A DNA stretch of 64,000 nt from Octopus vulgaris. Taxonomy: Eukaryota. Both the position numbers and the translations under genes were made by a program. The notes beneath the pieces were generated by a model, which was not told where the DNA came from, did not search any database, and was given only the letters and a program-made list of their open reading frames with translations. Positions 44,709-55,657 of this stretch are shown here, piece after piece; position 1 is the first letter of the stretch; the number at the start of each line of letters is the position of its first letter. The stretch lies in assembly GCA_951406725.2 (NCBI GenBank), contig OX597815.1, positions 34,596,001-34,660,000 on the forward strand, in the 5' to 3' direction.

Positions 44709-44746
44709 TCTTTAACGTTTCGAGCCTACGCTCTTCAACAGAAAGA
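44709..44746 (-). ncRNA. Hammerhead ribozyme-like motif in the 3' pLTR (core CUGUUGA)
   Basis: Minus strand tcttt-CTGTTGA-A-GAGC gtag GCTC-GAA-ACGT-T-aaaga. Confidence 0.65.
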
Positions 44747-45283
44747 TACACAGAGAGAGAAAAACACAGAAAGAAGGAGAGAAAAAAATGCGTGCAGTAG
44801 CTAACGAATCAACATGGCGATCTGATTTCGGCCAGAGGTCAAAGATCAAACATGAGACGCGAGAGCGAAATAAGGGGAGATAATAGGGTTGATAAAAGGG
44901 TTGAGGGACCAGCTAAAAGTGCGTGGGAGGGGTCTGGATGTGTGTATGTATAGGGTTGGTGTATGTATTAGTATGTATAAGGGTGTGTGTGTGTGTGTGT
45001 GTGTGATGAGAGAGTATTAGTGCGTAAGATTGGTCTGGACGTGCGTATGTATGGGGTTGGTGTATGTATTAGTATGTATTAGTATGTATTAGTACGTATT
45101 GGTATGTATAGGTGTGTGTGTGTGTGTGAGAGAGAGTATAAGTGCGTATGCGGGGTCTGGACGTGTGTATGTATAGGGTTGGTGTAAGTATTAGTATGTA
45201 CTGGTATGTATTAGTACGTATTAGTATGTATTAGTTGGTGTGTGTATTAGTATGGCACATCATATGTGATGTGATGTGTAAAG

Positions 45284-48200
45284 TCATGTGGTGTAGTGAG
45301 GAGAAGAGGGGGAGGGGGAGAAGAGGGGGAGAGAAGGCGAGGGGAAGAAGAGGGGGAGGAGAAGGGGGAAGAGGAGAGGATGGGGGAGAAGGAAGGGGAG
45401 GAGGGGGATGAAGGAGGAAAGAGGGAGAGAGGGAGTGAGGGAGCAGAGGGAAGGGGAAGAGGGAGGGAGAAAGAGGGAAGAAGGGAAGGGGAGTAGGGGT
45501 GAAAGGATGAAGGACTGTAGAAGTAGGGGTCGGGGGAAGAAAGGATAGGTGAGGAGGGGGAGAGGGGGGTTAGATGAGGAGGGGGGAGAGTTGAGACCAA
45601 ATGGCGTATAAGAGCGAAGAGAGAAGATTAATTCCTGTTCACGGCGCAAACGGGAATCCGGATGGCCTCTGTGTAAGGACAAACCGAACACAGATAGGTG
45701 TTGCAAGGAGTGACCGGTGGAGCGGAAATGGCGTGAGACCGGTGTGTCGTTCGCAAGGTGGATGTCACGAAGGTGTTCCGCGAACCGGTCAGCCAAGCGG
45801 CGTCCCGTTTGTCCGATATACAAGGAATTGCAGAGAGAGCAAGAGATGCAATAGATAATATTGCTGGAGGTGCAGGTGAAGGAGTGGATGATGGGATAGG
45901 GTCGATGGTGGGTGCTAGTGAGGCGGGTGGTGTTGGAGAGGTAAGGGCAAGTGCGGCAACGTGGGCGGGAGCAGGGGAACGAGCCGGGTTGGGAGGTAGG
46001 GTCAGGGAAGGAGCTATGGACCAAAAGGTCTCGAAGGTTGTGGGCTCGTTTGAAAGAGGGGAGGGGTCGGTTAGGGAAGAGGTGTGAAGTGGACGGGTCG
46101 GACTGGAGATGACGGAAAGCTCGAAGAATGGTGCGTTGGAGACGTAGGGTCGTGGGGTGGTAAGTGAGGGGAAAAGGGAGGCGGGAGACTACAGGGCGGG
46201 TTCGGGGAGAGAGAGCAGATACACGGTCCACGGACCGTGCTCTGGCAAGGGCGGTGTGGATAGTGGTGAGGGGGTATCCACGTAGGGTGAAGTGGTGAGC
46301 CATACGTTGAGACTGAGTCTCAAAGTCATGGTCGTCACTACAGAGCCTACGTAGACGGAGGAATTGGGAATAGGGGATGGAAAGCTTGGTGTGTTCTGGG
46401 TGGGAGGAAGAGAAGTTGAGGTATGAGTGTGAGTCTGTGTGTTTGTAGTGAATGGAGGTGGTAAGAGTGGAGTGAAGAATGCTAACCGAAATGTCGAGGA
46501 AGGAGACAGAGGTGTTGGAGATAGTGGAAGTGAAGTGGAGGGCTGGATGGAAAGATTGGACGAAAGAGAGGAAGGAATCTAGATGTTCGCGGGAGAGTGA
46601 GGTGGCACCGATAATGTCGTCAATATAACGACCATATAGTTCAGGAGTGGGACCAGTGAAATTAGAGAATATTTGGGCCTCAACATAGCCAACGAACAGG
46701 TTCGCATAGTTGGGGCCCATTCGCGTTCCCATGGCCACTCCCGAGACCTGATGGTAGAACTCGCCCGCGAACGAGAAGCAGTTCAGAGTAAGGACAAGTT
46801 CGGCCAGACGAATGAGTGTGGAGGTGTCAGGTACAGGGTTAGAGCGGAGGTCAAGAAAGTGTCGAAGGGCCTGCAGTCCTTCGTGGTGAGGGATAACAGT
46901 ATAGAGGCTTTGGATGTCCATAGTAAAAAGGATTTTGGAGGAGCCGGGAGGAAAGGAGAAAGAGTTGAAAAGCCGGAGAGCATGGTTGGTATCGTGGATG
47001 TGGGAGGGAAGAGATGCCACTAGGGGGGCAAGGACACGGTCGAGGTATTTAGAGATGAGCTCCGTGGGGCAGTTACAGGCGGAGACGATGGGGCGGCCAG
47101 GGTTGTTGGGTTTGTGGATTTTGGGGAGGAAGTAAATGGTGGGGGTACGTGGGGTTCGCACAATTAGGTTGGATGCGGTGCGGGGGAGACGGGAGGACGA
47201 GATGAGGTCTTGGACAGTAGAGGATACCGTCTGTTGGTAGCTACGTGTGGGGTTAGAGGGCAGAGGGGAATAGAAGGAGGTGTCATTGAGTTGGCGGAAA
47301 GCCTCGGCCCTATAGAGGTCCGCGCGCCACACCACTACAGCTCCACCCTTGTCAGCCGGTTTGATGATAATGTCAGCGCGCCGTTGGAGGGAACGAAGAG
47401 CCAAGAGCTCAGCCGGGGAGATGTTGAGGCGGCGTTGGCGCCTGGAGAAGTTGAACCGCTCCAATGCACGCTGACAAGCGCCCGCGAAAAGATCCACTGC
47501 TAGGATCTGGCCAGGAGCAGGCGTCCACGGGGATGGTCGGCGGCCCAGGCCAGTGAAGCAGTCGTCCTCTTCGTTGGGTGTGGGTGGCGAGTCGTGGTAA
47601 TGCGCACCCAACCGGACACGGCGCACAAAGCTGTGGACATCAACTCGCGTCTGGAATTCCTTACAGGATGGAGTGAGGGGGATGAAACGCAGACCCCTAC
47701 CAAGGACGGAGCGTTCAGCCGCAGAGAGGGGAAGATCGGGGGGAATGGTAACAACAGACGGAAGTGGAGAAGGGGTGGGTGGAATAGAAGTAGGAGGGGT
47801 GGTAGGTCTCGTGGAGGTCTGAGGGGGAGGGATTGGGGAGGTGTGTGGGGGGTGGTTGGGCGGGGCAGTAGGGTTAGGTGTAGGTGGATGGAGCCTAACG
47901 GGAGGGGAGAAGGGGTTGTAGGGAGGGGCAGTGGGGTTAGGTGTGGGTGGATGGAGCCTATCGGGAGGGGAGAAGGGTGGTGGAGGAGTTGGGGTAGTGG
48001 CGTCGGGTAGGGTGGAATGGAAGAGTGATTGGAGTTTACGAAGTTTGGTATCAGAAAGAAATTGATGGAAGAGTTGATTCAAATGGATAATGAAGCGTAG
48101 CGTGTTTGGAGCATAGAGAGGCGGCAGAGAGGAGAAGAAGGTGGAGAAAGCAGGAGGAAGAAGGCGGTTGATGGCATGTAGTTTGGAGAGATTGGAGCGA

Positions 48201-48478
48201 ATGGTGGCCCGCATAAGGCGGTAAGATGTGGTGCGGAGTATGGGTAAGATGGAAGAATCCGAGTGGAGAGCAGGGTGGAAGTGGAGGCGGAAACCTTTAG
48301 GGATGAGTCGGTGATGTAGGCAGCGGCTTAGGAAAGAGACATGGCTAGAGAAGCGGGTTTTTTTAAAAAGAAGTAGAGAGAGATTAACGGACGGCTGAAG
48401 GCAATATACAGGAAGCGAACGTAGATGATCCTTCAAACGGTGATGGAGGGTGAGGAGGTAGGACCTAGGATCCGGCAT
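45284..48478 (-). CDS. PLE polyprotein: Penelope-type reverse transcriptase + Cys-rich linker + C-terminal GIY-YIG endonuclease (Neptune-like architecture)
   Basis: FLSRCL...IPKGF, IKPADKGGAVVV, YFLPKIHK, GRPIVS, DIQSLYT, GVAMGT, RYIDD, SFLD, CSRPRCRTC, IIYCISC..C..LYIGQT.R.L..RF.EH; likely ATG at 48478 (frame open from 48772). Confidence 0.95.
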   Translation of the reverse strand: MPDPRSYLLTLHHRLKDHLRSLPVYCLQPSVNLSLLLFKKTRFSSHVSFLSRCLHHRLIPKGFRLHFHPALHSDSSILPILRTTSYRLMRATIRSNLSKLHAINRLLPPAFSTFFSSLPPLYAPNTLRFIIHLNQLFHQFLSDTKLRKLQSLFHSTLPDATTPTPPPPFSPPDRLHPPTPNPTAPPYNPFSPPVRLHPPTPNPTAPPNHPPHTSPIPPPQTSTRPTTPPTSIPPTPSPLPSVVTIPPDLPLSAAERSVLGRGLRFIPLTPSCKEFQTRVDVHSFVRRVRLGAHYHDSPPTPNEEDDCFTGLGRRPSPWTPAPGQILAVDLFAGACQRALERFNFSRRQRRLNISPAELLALRSLQRRADIIIKPADKGGAVVVWRADLYRAEAFRQLNDTSFYSPLPSNPTRSYQQTVSSTVQDLISSSRLPRTASNLIVRTPRTPTIYFLPKIHKPNNPGRPIVSACNCPTELISKYLDRVLAPLVASLPSHIHDTNHALRLFNSFSFPPGSSKILFTMDIQSLYTVIPHHEGLQALRHFLDLRSNPVPDTSTLIRLAELVLTLNCFSFAGEFYHQVSGVAMGTRMGPNYANLFVGYVEAQIFSNFTGPTPELYGRYIDDIIGATSLSREHLDSFLSFVQSFHPALHFTSTISNTSVSFLDISVSILHSTLTTSIHYKHTDSHSYLNFSSSHPEHTKLSIPYSQFLRLRRLCSDDHDFETQSQRMAHHFTLRGYPLTTIHTALARARSVDRVSALSPRTRPVVSRLPFPLTYHPTTLRLQRTILRAFRHLQSDPSTSHLFPNRPLPSFKRAHNLRDLLVHSSFPDPTSQPGSFPCSRPRCRTCPYLSNTTRLTSTHHRPYPIIHSFTCTSSNIIYCISCSLCNSLYIGQTGRRLADRFAEHLRDIHLANDTPVSRHFRSTGHSLQHLSVFGLSLHRGHPDSRLRREQELIFSLRSYTPFGLNSPPSSSNPPLPLLTYPFFPRPLLLQSFILSPLLPFPSSLFLPPSSPSLCSLTPSLPLSSFIPLLPFLLPHPLLFPLLLPLFFPSPSLPLFSPSPSSPHYTT

Positions 48479-49186
48479 GATGGGATAGCGGAAAAAAAAC
48501 GTTCGAAAAAACAAAAAATTATCGTATGAAAAAAATAGAAAAAAAGGGGATAGCGAAAAAAGGGGAAAAAACAAACGTTCAAAAAAACAAAAAAATAATA
48601 ATCGTAAGAAAAAACTAGATAAGTAAGCGATAGGGGCAGAAAAGACGGGGCAAACGGAAAAGGGAAAGAAAGAAGGGAAGCAGAGAGAGGGGGAGGCAAA
48701 AAAAAGGGGGTGCAGGCAGAGGAAACGGAGTATGGACATCCAGAGAGGGAAGAAAGACGGAAAGGAGAACAAAAATTCAGGAAAATGTGGGAAGCATGAA
48801 ATGAATGTAAAAAAAGTGGTAATATAAGATAAAATAAAAATACAACAAACGGGACAGTTTATGCGAACAAGTTCAAGGTTGAAAGTTCAAGGTGAGAAAT
48901 GTGTAGACGTCGTGGTATATTTTTTAAGGATTTCACATCAATGCAAAGTCACTTTGATCCGCGAAAGAGAGGTGCAGCCAATGGTAAGTATCCAAGAGGT
49001 AAAGAAAATCCAAGGTAGAGGTAAGTGTTGATAGTGATATTGGTAGAATATAGGATGAAAGTGAGACCACGTGAGCGCATAATATATAACGGGAAGCTTT
49101 ATGAAAATAAACAAAAGACGAAGGCAGGTGGAAAACAAACGAACAATTGTATTAGTATGGCGCTCAGGAAATATAAATAAAACAAG

Positions 49187-49224
49187 TCTTTAACGTTTCG
49201 AGCCTACGCTCTTCAACAGAAAGA
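49187..49224 (-). ncRNA. Hammerhead ribozyme-like motif in the 5' pLTR
   Basis: Identical to 44709-44746. Confidence 0.65.
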
Positions 49225-50647
49225 TACACAGAGAGAGAAAAACACAGAAAGAAGGAGAGAAAAAAATGCGTGCAGTAGCTAACGAATCAACATGGCGATC
49301 TGATTTCGGCCAGAGGTCAAAGATCAAACATGAGACGCGAGAGCGAAATAAGGGGAGATAATAGGGTTGATAAAAGGGTTGAGGGACCAGCTAAAAGTGC
49401 GTGGGAGGGGTCTGGATGTGTGTATGTATAGGGTTGGTGTATGTATTAGTATGTATAAGGGTGTGTGTGTGTGTGTGTGTGTATGAGAGAGTATTAGTGC
49501 GTAAGATTGGTCTGGACGTGCGTATGTATGGGGTTGGTGTATGTATTAGTATGTATTAGTATGTATTAGTACGTATTGGTATGTATAGGTGTGTGTGTGT
49601 GTGTGAGAGAGAGTATAAGTGCGTATGCGGGGTCTGGACGTGTGTATGTATAGGGTTGGTGTAAGTATTAGTATGTACTGGTATGTATTAGTACGTATTA
49701 GTATGTATTAGTTGGTGTGTGTATTAGTATGGCACATCATATGTGATGTGATGTGTAAAGTCATGTGGTGTAGTGAGGAGAAGAGGGGGAGGGGGAGAAG
49801 AGGGGGAGAGAAGGCGAGGGGAAGAAGAGGGGGAGGAGAAGGGGGAAGAGGAGAGGATGGGGGAGAAGGAAGGGGAGGAGGGGGATGAAGGAGGAAAGAG
49901 GGAGAGAGGGAGTGAGGGAGCAGAGGGAAGGGGAAGAGGGAGGGAGAAAGAGGGAAGAAGGGAAGGGGAGTAGGGGTGAAAGGATGAAGGACTGTAGAAG
50001 TAGGGGTCGGGGGAAGAAAGGATAGGTGAGGAGGGGGGAGAGGGGGGTTAGATGAGGAGGGGGGAGAGTTGAGACCAAATGGCGTATAAGAGCGAAGAGA
50101 GAAGATTAATTCCTGTTCACGGCGCAAACGGGAATCCGGATGGCCTCTGTGTAAGGACAAACCGAACACAGATAGGTGTTGCAAGGAGTGACCGGTGGAG
50201 CGGAAATGGCGTGAGACCGGTGTGTCGTTCGCAAGGTGGATGTCACGAAGGTGTTCCGCGAACCGGTCAGCCAAGCGGCGTCCCGTTTGTCCGATATACA
50301 AGGAATTGCAGAGAGAGCAAGAGATGCAATAGATAATATTGCTGGAGGTAGGTACGTATGTATGTATGTATGTATGTATGTATGTATGTATGTATAGATA
50401 GATAGATAGACAGACAGATATGTTAGTGTATGTGTGTGTGTGTGTGTGTGTGCGTGTGTTTGCGCACGTGTAAGTGTGTATCTACGTGTCTGTGTTTATA
50501 CCCACCTCCTCTTGACAACCAGCGTTGGTGTGTTCACGTCCCCGTAACTCTGCGGTTCGGCAAAAGAGATGTATAGATTAAGTACCAGGCTAAAAAAAAA
50601 AAAAAAAAACCAAAACTGGGGCCGATTCATTCCACTAAAAATTCTTC

Positions 50648-51727
50648 GGGGCTTACTGCAGTTTCGCACCTCACCTTGAAAAATGCAACTTTTAAAAAAA
50701 AAATTTCTTCGGATTTCTAGGTTTTATATGTCGAAGTTTACGAATATGCAGAAAAAAAAATTCTAATATTTTCGTTGACCCCATTACTGGTTGCCATACA
50801 AACTCTGTCGAAGGTATGTGGGCAAACGCTAAAGCCAAATTTAAAGCAATGAATGGACCCACAAATAGACAACTAATTGAACAGCATTTACCTGAATTTA
50901 TTTGGGTTCAGCGATTAGGAACAAATACGTGTTATCATGTTTGGCCTTATATTGCCTCGCATATATATAAATTGTAGATCGTATATTTGATATTGCCGTT
51001 TCACTTTCGATTTTTAATGTATTGTTGTATATTGAAGCGTGGAAATTTCATTAAAGCATGTATGTGCAGTGCACTTTATGTTTATTTGGCTAAACCGTAG
51101 AAATTGTTTTGATATTGTTGTGGCTGTGTGGTAAGTAGCTTGCTAACCAACCACATGGTTCCGGGTTCAGTCCCACTGCGTGGCACCTTGGGCAAGTGTC
51201 TTCTGCTATAGCCCAGGGCCGACCAATGCCTTGTGAGTGGATTTGGTAGACGGAAACTGAAAGAAGCCTGTCGTATATATGTATATATATATATGTGTGT
51301 GTGTGTTTGTGTGTCTGTGTTTGTCCCCCTAGCATTGCTTGACAATCGATGCTGGTGTGTTTACGTCCCCGTCACTTAGCGGTTCGGCAAAAGAGACCGA
51401 TAGAATAAGTACTGGGCTTACAAAGAATAAGTCCCGGGGTCGATTTGCTCGACTAAAGGCGGTGCTCCAGCATGGCCGGAGTCAAATCACTGAAACAAGT
51501 AAAAGAGTAAAAGAGTAAAGAGTATAACCGTATTTTTCTACGTAGATTGAAAAAAAGAATTTCAGGAAAATGTCTAATACTAAAACTTTGTGGCGTGGGG
51601 AGGTTGAAATGAGGTTTAAAATTTTGAAAACGTCTCCCCCCCCCATATTCGTAAACCTGGGAATCCGATGTAATTTTTTTCGAAAACATGCATTTTTCAA
51701 GGTGAGGTGCGAAACTGCAGTAGCCCC
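50648..51727 (+). mobile_element. Non-autonomous Merlin (IS1595/IS1016-like) DNA transposon with a transposase fragment at 50771-50977
   Basis: TIR ggggc(t)tactgcagtttcgcacctcaccttgaaaaatgca at both ends; TSD aattcttc / atttcttc; hand translation FVDPITGCHTNSVEGMWANAKAKF...HLPEFIW matches the IS1595-family HTNxIEGxW motif. Confidence 0.88.
51120..51524 (+). mobile_element. SINE family A nested in the Merlin element
   Basis: Sequence match to other copies. Confidence 0.92.
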
Positions 51728-51836
51728 ATTTCTTCAAGGCACTACCCCAGCATGGCCGCAGTCAAATGACTGGAACAAGTAAATGGTAAAAAATGAATTC
51801 AAGCATTTTATAACAAGCAACATAGACAAATACAGG

Positions 51837-54618
51837 AAGTAGCGGATCTACTATAAAACTAATGAAACTTACGCTTCAGGGCCCCTAATCCCAGAGGTGC
51901 CTCTCTGAAGCAACTTAATATTTTTATTCTGTCATCTTTTTTGTTTTATATTTTGCCATGCAGATTGCTGCTACCAGTCTTAGTGGACAACTTCATCTCA
52001 TACTCCTACGCAGATTCTAGACATGCAGTATCTAGCCTTGAGCTGTTCTACTCGCTGTTTCTACTGTTACAAACAACTCGCGGATAATTCGCTTTCCTTG
52101 AATTATTTTGGAAACTTCAGCCCTGCCCCTCCCATCATCAGATATGCCAACTACATCAGCACGGCAGAGATAAGAATTCTTATTACCTCCGCCGAGGAAG
52201 GAGGTTATGTTTTCATTGGCGTTGGTTTGTCCGTCTGTGTGCAAAACAACTCAAAAAGTTGAGAACAATATTTAATGAAACTTGCAGGAAAAGTTGGTAA
52301 TGACACAAGGAACAGATGATGAAATTTTGGTAGTGATCCGGGAATTTTTATGGATTCTTGGAAGATTTTTCATTTGTTATATTTACTTTACATGAAGTTT
52401 TACCATGTTACATTTTTTGATTATCTCCCTTGAAAACACGTTAAATATTACTTTCCTATCCAAATCTGTGTATGAAGAATTGATAGAAATCATGAGAAAA
52501 CATGTGAAAGATGAAGTGGTGAATTGAATCAACAACCTAGACACCAAATACTACTCAATTCTTGTTGACTCTACACCTGACGTGACACATGTTGACCAGC
52601 TGGGAATTGTAGTTCGATACTGTTATAATGGAAAGCCCTTTGAGAGATTTTTAGCATTTTTGCCAATAGAAAACCATTCATCCACGACCTTGTTCAACAA
52701 AATAACACAATTTCTGGGAGAGCATAAATTTTCACTTGAAAATATCCGTGGTCAGTCATATGATAATGCTTCCAACATGAAGGGCTTGGAAGAAGGGTTG
52801 CCTTTCATCCTTTCGGGGTCGATAAATTAAGTGCCAGTTATGCACTGGGATCGATGTAATCGACTTAATCCGTTTGTTTGTCCCCTCTGTGTATAGCCCC
52901 TTGTAGGTAGTAAAGAAATAGGTTGCAAGCACTTCTTAAAAACATTAACAGGTATGCAGACTATGTACCATGTGCAAGCCATTCGCTCAACCTTTTTGGA
53001 GAAAAGGCAATGTCTACTGTACCTGAAGTTGTTGACTATTTTGGCATCTTGCAGCATCTGTATGTTTTCTTTTCTGAATCTCCTCGAAGACGGGAGGTTT
53101 TAAGCATACGGGGCAATCTAGGCTTTTATCTAAAGAGCTTCAGTGTAACTAGATGGTCTGCACACCATGAAGTAATCTGGGCAGTTAAAAATGGACATAG
53201 GGATATTTTACAGACTCTCAAACATAAGTTTGAAGACACAAAAGAGAAACCTGAATGTAAGCGTGTTGCAAAGAATTTATACCACAAATTGGTAAAATCG
53301 GAATATGTTGTTTTGACAGTCGTTTGGAAAGAAGTTATGGAACATTTTATCAAAATAAGTAAGAAACTCCAATGCATTGGAAAATTACCTTCTGCTAGCA
53401 TCTTTGTTTTCATTTGTTAAAGAACTATGAGAAAATTCAGCCGACAGGATTGCACACTACGAATCAGTAGCAAAAGGTTTATGTGAATATATTACCTCAA
53501 ATTTTTCCAAACGCATTGTTACAAAGAAATTTGCAGATGGAACAAGTGATAGGGCTTCTTTGGAAGGGACTGAAAAATTTAGGGTAGAAGTTCTAAATCA
53601 AGTCGGACTCGTATGGACAGATTGCAAAAAGGTTCAAGTTTCTCTCAGAATTGATAAACAATTCAGAATTTGATGAGGATAATATCAAACTTATATCAAA
53701 TTACAAAAACAATATTAACTAAATGAGTGTTATCAGTTCAAAGATTATTTACACCTTAGGAAATCCCGGAACACAGAAGAAAACACACCATCTAAAATGC
53801 AATTCACAGAAGTTCTTCAGTTTATTTACGAGCAACAATTAATTGAAGTGTCCCCTAATATTACCACTGCACTTAAGATGTAATTGACAATACCTATCAC
53901 GAGCTGTGAAGCAGAAAGGAATTTCTTAAAGCCTTTCTTTATAAAGAATAAATTTTGGTTTACCATGACTGAAAAACACTTAAATTCCTTATTCATATTT
54001 TCTCTAGAAAATGACATTGCAAGGAAGCTCTCATATGATAAAACTATAAGGGAATATGTTGCTACAAAAATAAGTAAATAAATAAATAACGAAAAAAGAG
54101 TATTTTGTAATTTTCATATGTATCTGAAATATAAGATTAATATTAGATTATATTGACCGTGGTATTTGTTATGTTTTATGTCTTTATTCTATGATGCATC
54201 ATGCATGTATATAACGCTTCTCTAAATTTCAACCTCCATAACTTTAACAGTATAAAGTATAGCCTGGAAAATATTTGTTCACACCAGTGACTTTGAGAAT
54301 CACAATTTGAAATGTAGGGCTAAAATTCGTAAAGAAAATTTGTGGTGATCTGCCATGGAACAACTACATCGACAAAGATATTGGTGATTATACACACTTT
54401 GTTTCTGGTGGAAAGGGGGCTCACTGTCAGGCCCACTTTTAAGGACTTCACATCACCACTCCATCACTGGGGCTACCAGGGCCTCAAGGCTGGAGTTCCT
54501 TGCGAGGGCACGAAAATCCTTTGGTTCTTGTTGGATGTTATCCTACTATTGCTGGTTGTAAAGGAGGTCCCCATAACATTTTAAGCTTCAGGGCCCGAAT
54601 ATTGTAGATCCGCCTCTG
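51837..54618 (+). mobile_element. Decayed hAT DNA transposon
   Basis: TIR aagtagcggatctac / gtagatccgcctctg; perfect 8-bp TSD aatacagg (51829-51836 and 54619-54626). Confidence 0.9.
52440..54081 (+). pseudogene. hAT transposase pseudogene (ZMYM1/Tip100-like), with stops, frameshifts and a SINE D insert at about 52797-52921
   Basis: YYSILVDSTPDVTHVDQL, RGQSYDNASNMKG, CASHSLNL, TRWSA, IPITSCEAERNF motifs. Confidence 0.88.
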
Positions 54619-54796
54619 AATACAGGTATATCGAATACCATATAACATAAATTCTTGATGTATCAAATACAGGATGTATCAAAATTCCTCATCATCATCT
54701 CCCACTATCTCCGCTTGCGATAAAATGCCCACTAATGAGATAGTTGCCTATGTAGTATGAATTTGTTATTGAACATATCTTTTACGTGCTGGCTCA

Positions 54797-55053
54797 TCAT
54801 CATCATCATCATCATTGTTCGACCGTGGTCGAGACAATGGAATTTACCATGCTACGCCAGACTTCACGGTCCATCATGGCATTACGGAGGTCCTGTTGCC
54901 GGATGCCTGTATCCCTGGAGATTACATCAGGGTAGGAGAGTGTGCGCCCTCTGGTATTGCGAGTAGATGGCTTCCAGAGGAGAAGAGTAGAAATTACCTC
55001 TTTTTCAGCTCTACAACAATGTCCAGCAAACTGGACTCTCTTACCTTTCACAA
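54797..55053 (-). mobile_element. 5'-truncated RTE-clade LINE 3' end
   Basis: RVQFAGHCCR...LLLWKP...MMDREVWR C-terminus, (TGA)n tail, 10-bp TSD tgctggctca (54787-54796 and 55054-55063). Confidence 0.85.
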
Positions 55054-55444
55054 TGCTGGCTCAGAGCATGTTGGGAGAGGGTATTAATTTCAGACTTTTT
55101 CTTCTCCTAGATTGACTGCTTTCATTACAGTTAAGGAGCTCAGTTCACCCTTACAAACACCTATTTAACCCATAGATGGGACCCTGGCAGTTACAACCGT
55201 TCCGGATGAGAACGGACCAGGGATTAACAGTAATTGAGGGGTAACTCCATGCTCTCTACATATTCAGAACTCACGAGCTAGAGAATCACCACCGAATGCA
55301 GTTTAATGCCACATCCAGGACGTATCATAATAAACAAATGGCAATTAGGACCAACAGTACTTGAGAAAGGGAAACAATCTCAACGTTCAAGGATTTTCCA
55401 AAATTGATATGCCATTAAGGAAAGGGACATGCTTACCATCAAAT

Positions 55445-55657
55445 AGCTGGCAGAAACGTTAGCACGCCGGGCGAAATGCGCAGCCGCATTTCGTCTGCCG
55501 TTACGTTCTGAGTTCAAATTCCGCCGAGGTCGACTTTGCCTTTCATCCTTTCGGGGTCGATAAATTAAGTACCAGTTACGCACTGGAGTCAATATAATCG
55601 ACTTAATCCCTTTGTCTGTCCTCTCTATGTTTAGTCCCTTGTGGGCAATAAAGAAAT
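55445..55657 (+). mobile_element. SINE family D
   Basis: agctggcagaaacgttagc head, gagttcaaattcc B-box-like motif, shared central and tail segment. Confidence 0.85.

Larger units (their letters stand above)
44610..50349 (-). mobile_element. Penelope-like retroelement in partial-tandem (pLTR) configuration
   Basis: Near-identical direct repeats 44610-45871 and 49088-50349 (offset 4478) bracketing an RT + GIY-YIG ORF; the upstream repeat contains the 3' end of the ORF, as typical for PLE pLTRs. Confidence 0.95.

Noticed and set aside
44610-50349. LTR retrotransposon interpretation of the direct repeats
   Set aside because: No TG..CA ends, gag, protease or integrase; the repeat includes the ORF 3' end and the RT is Penelope-type
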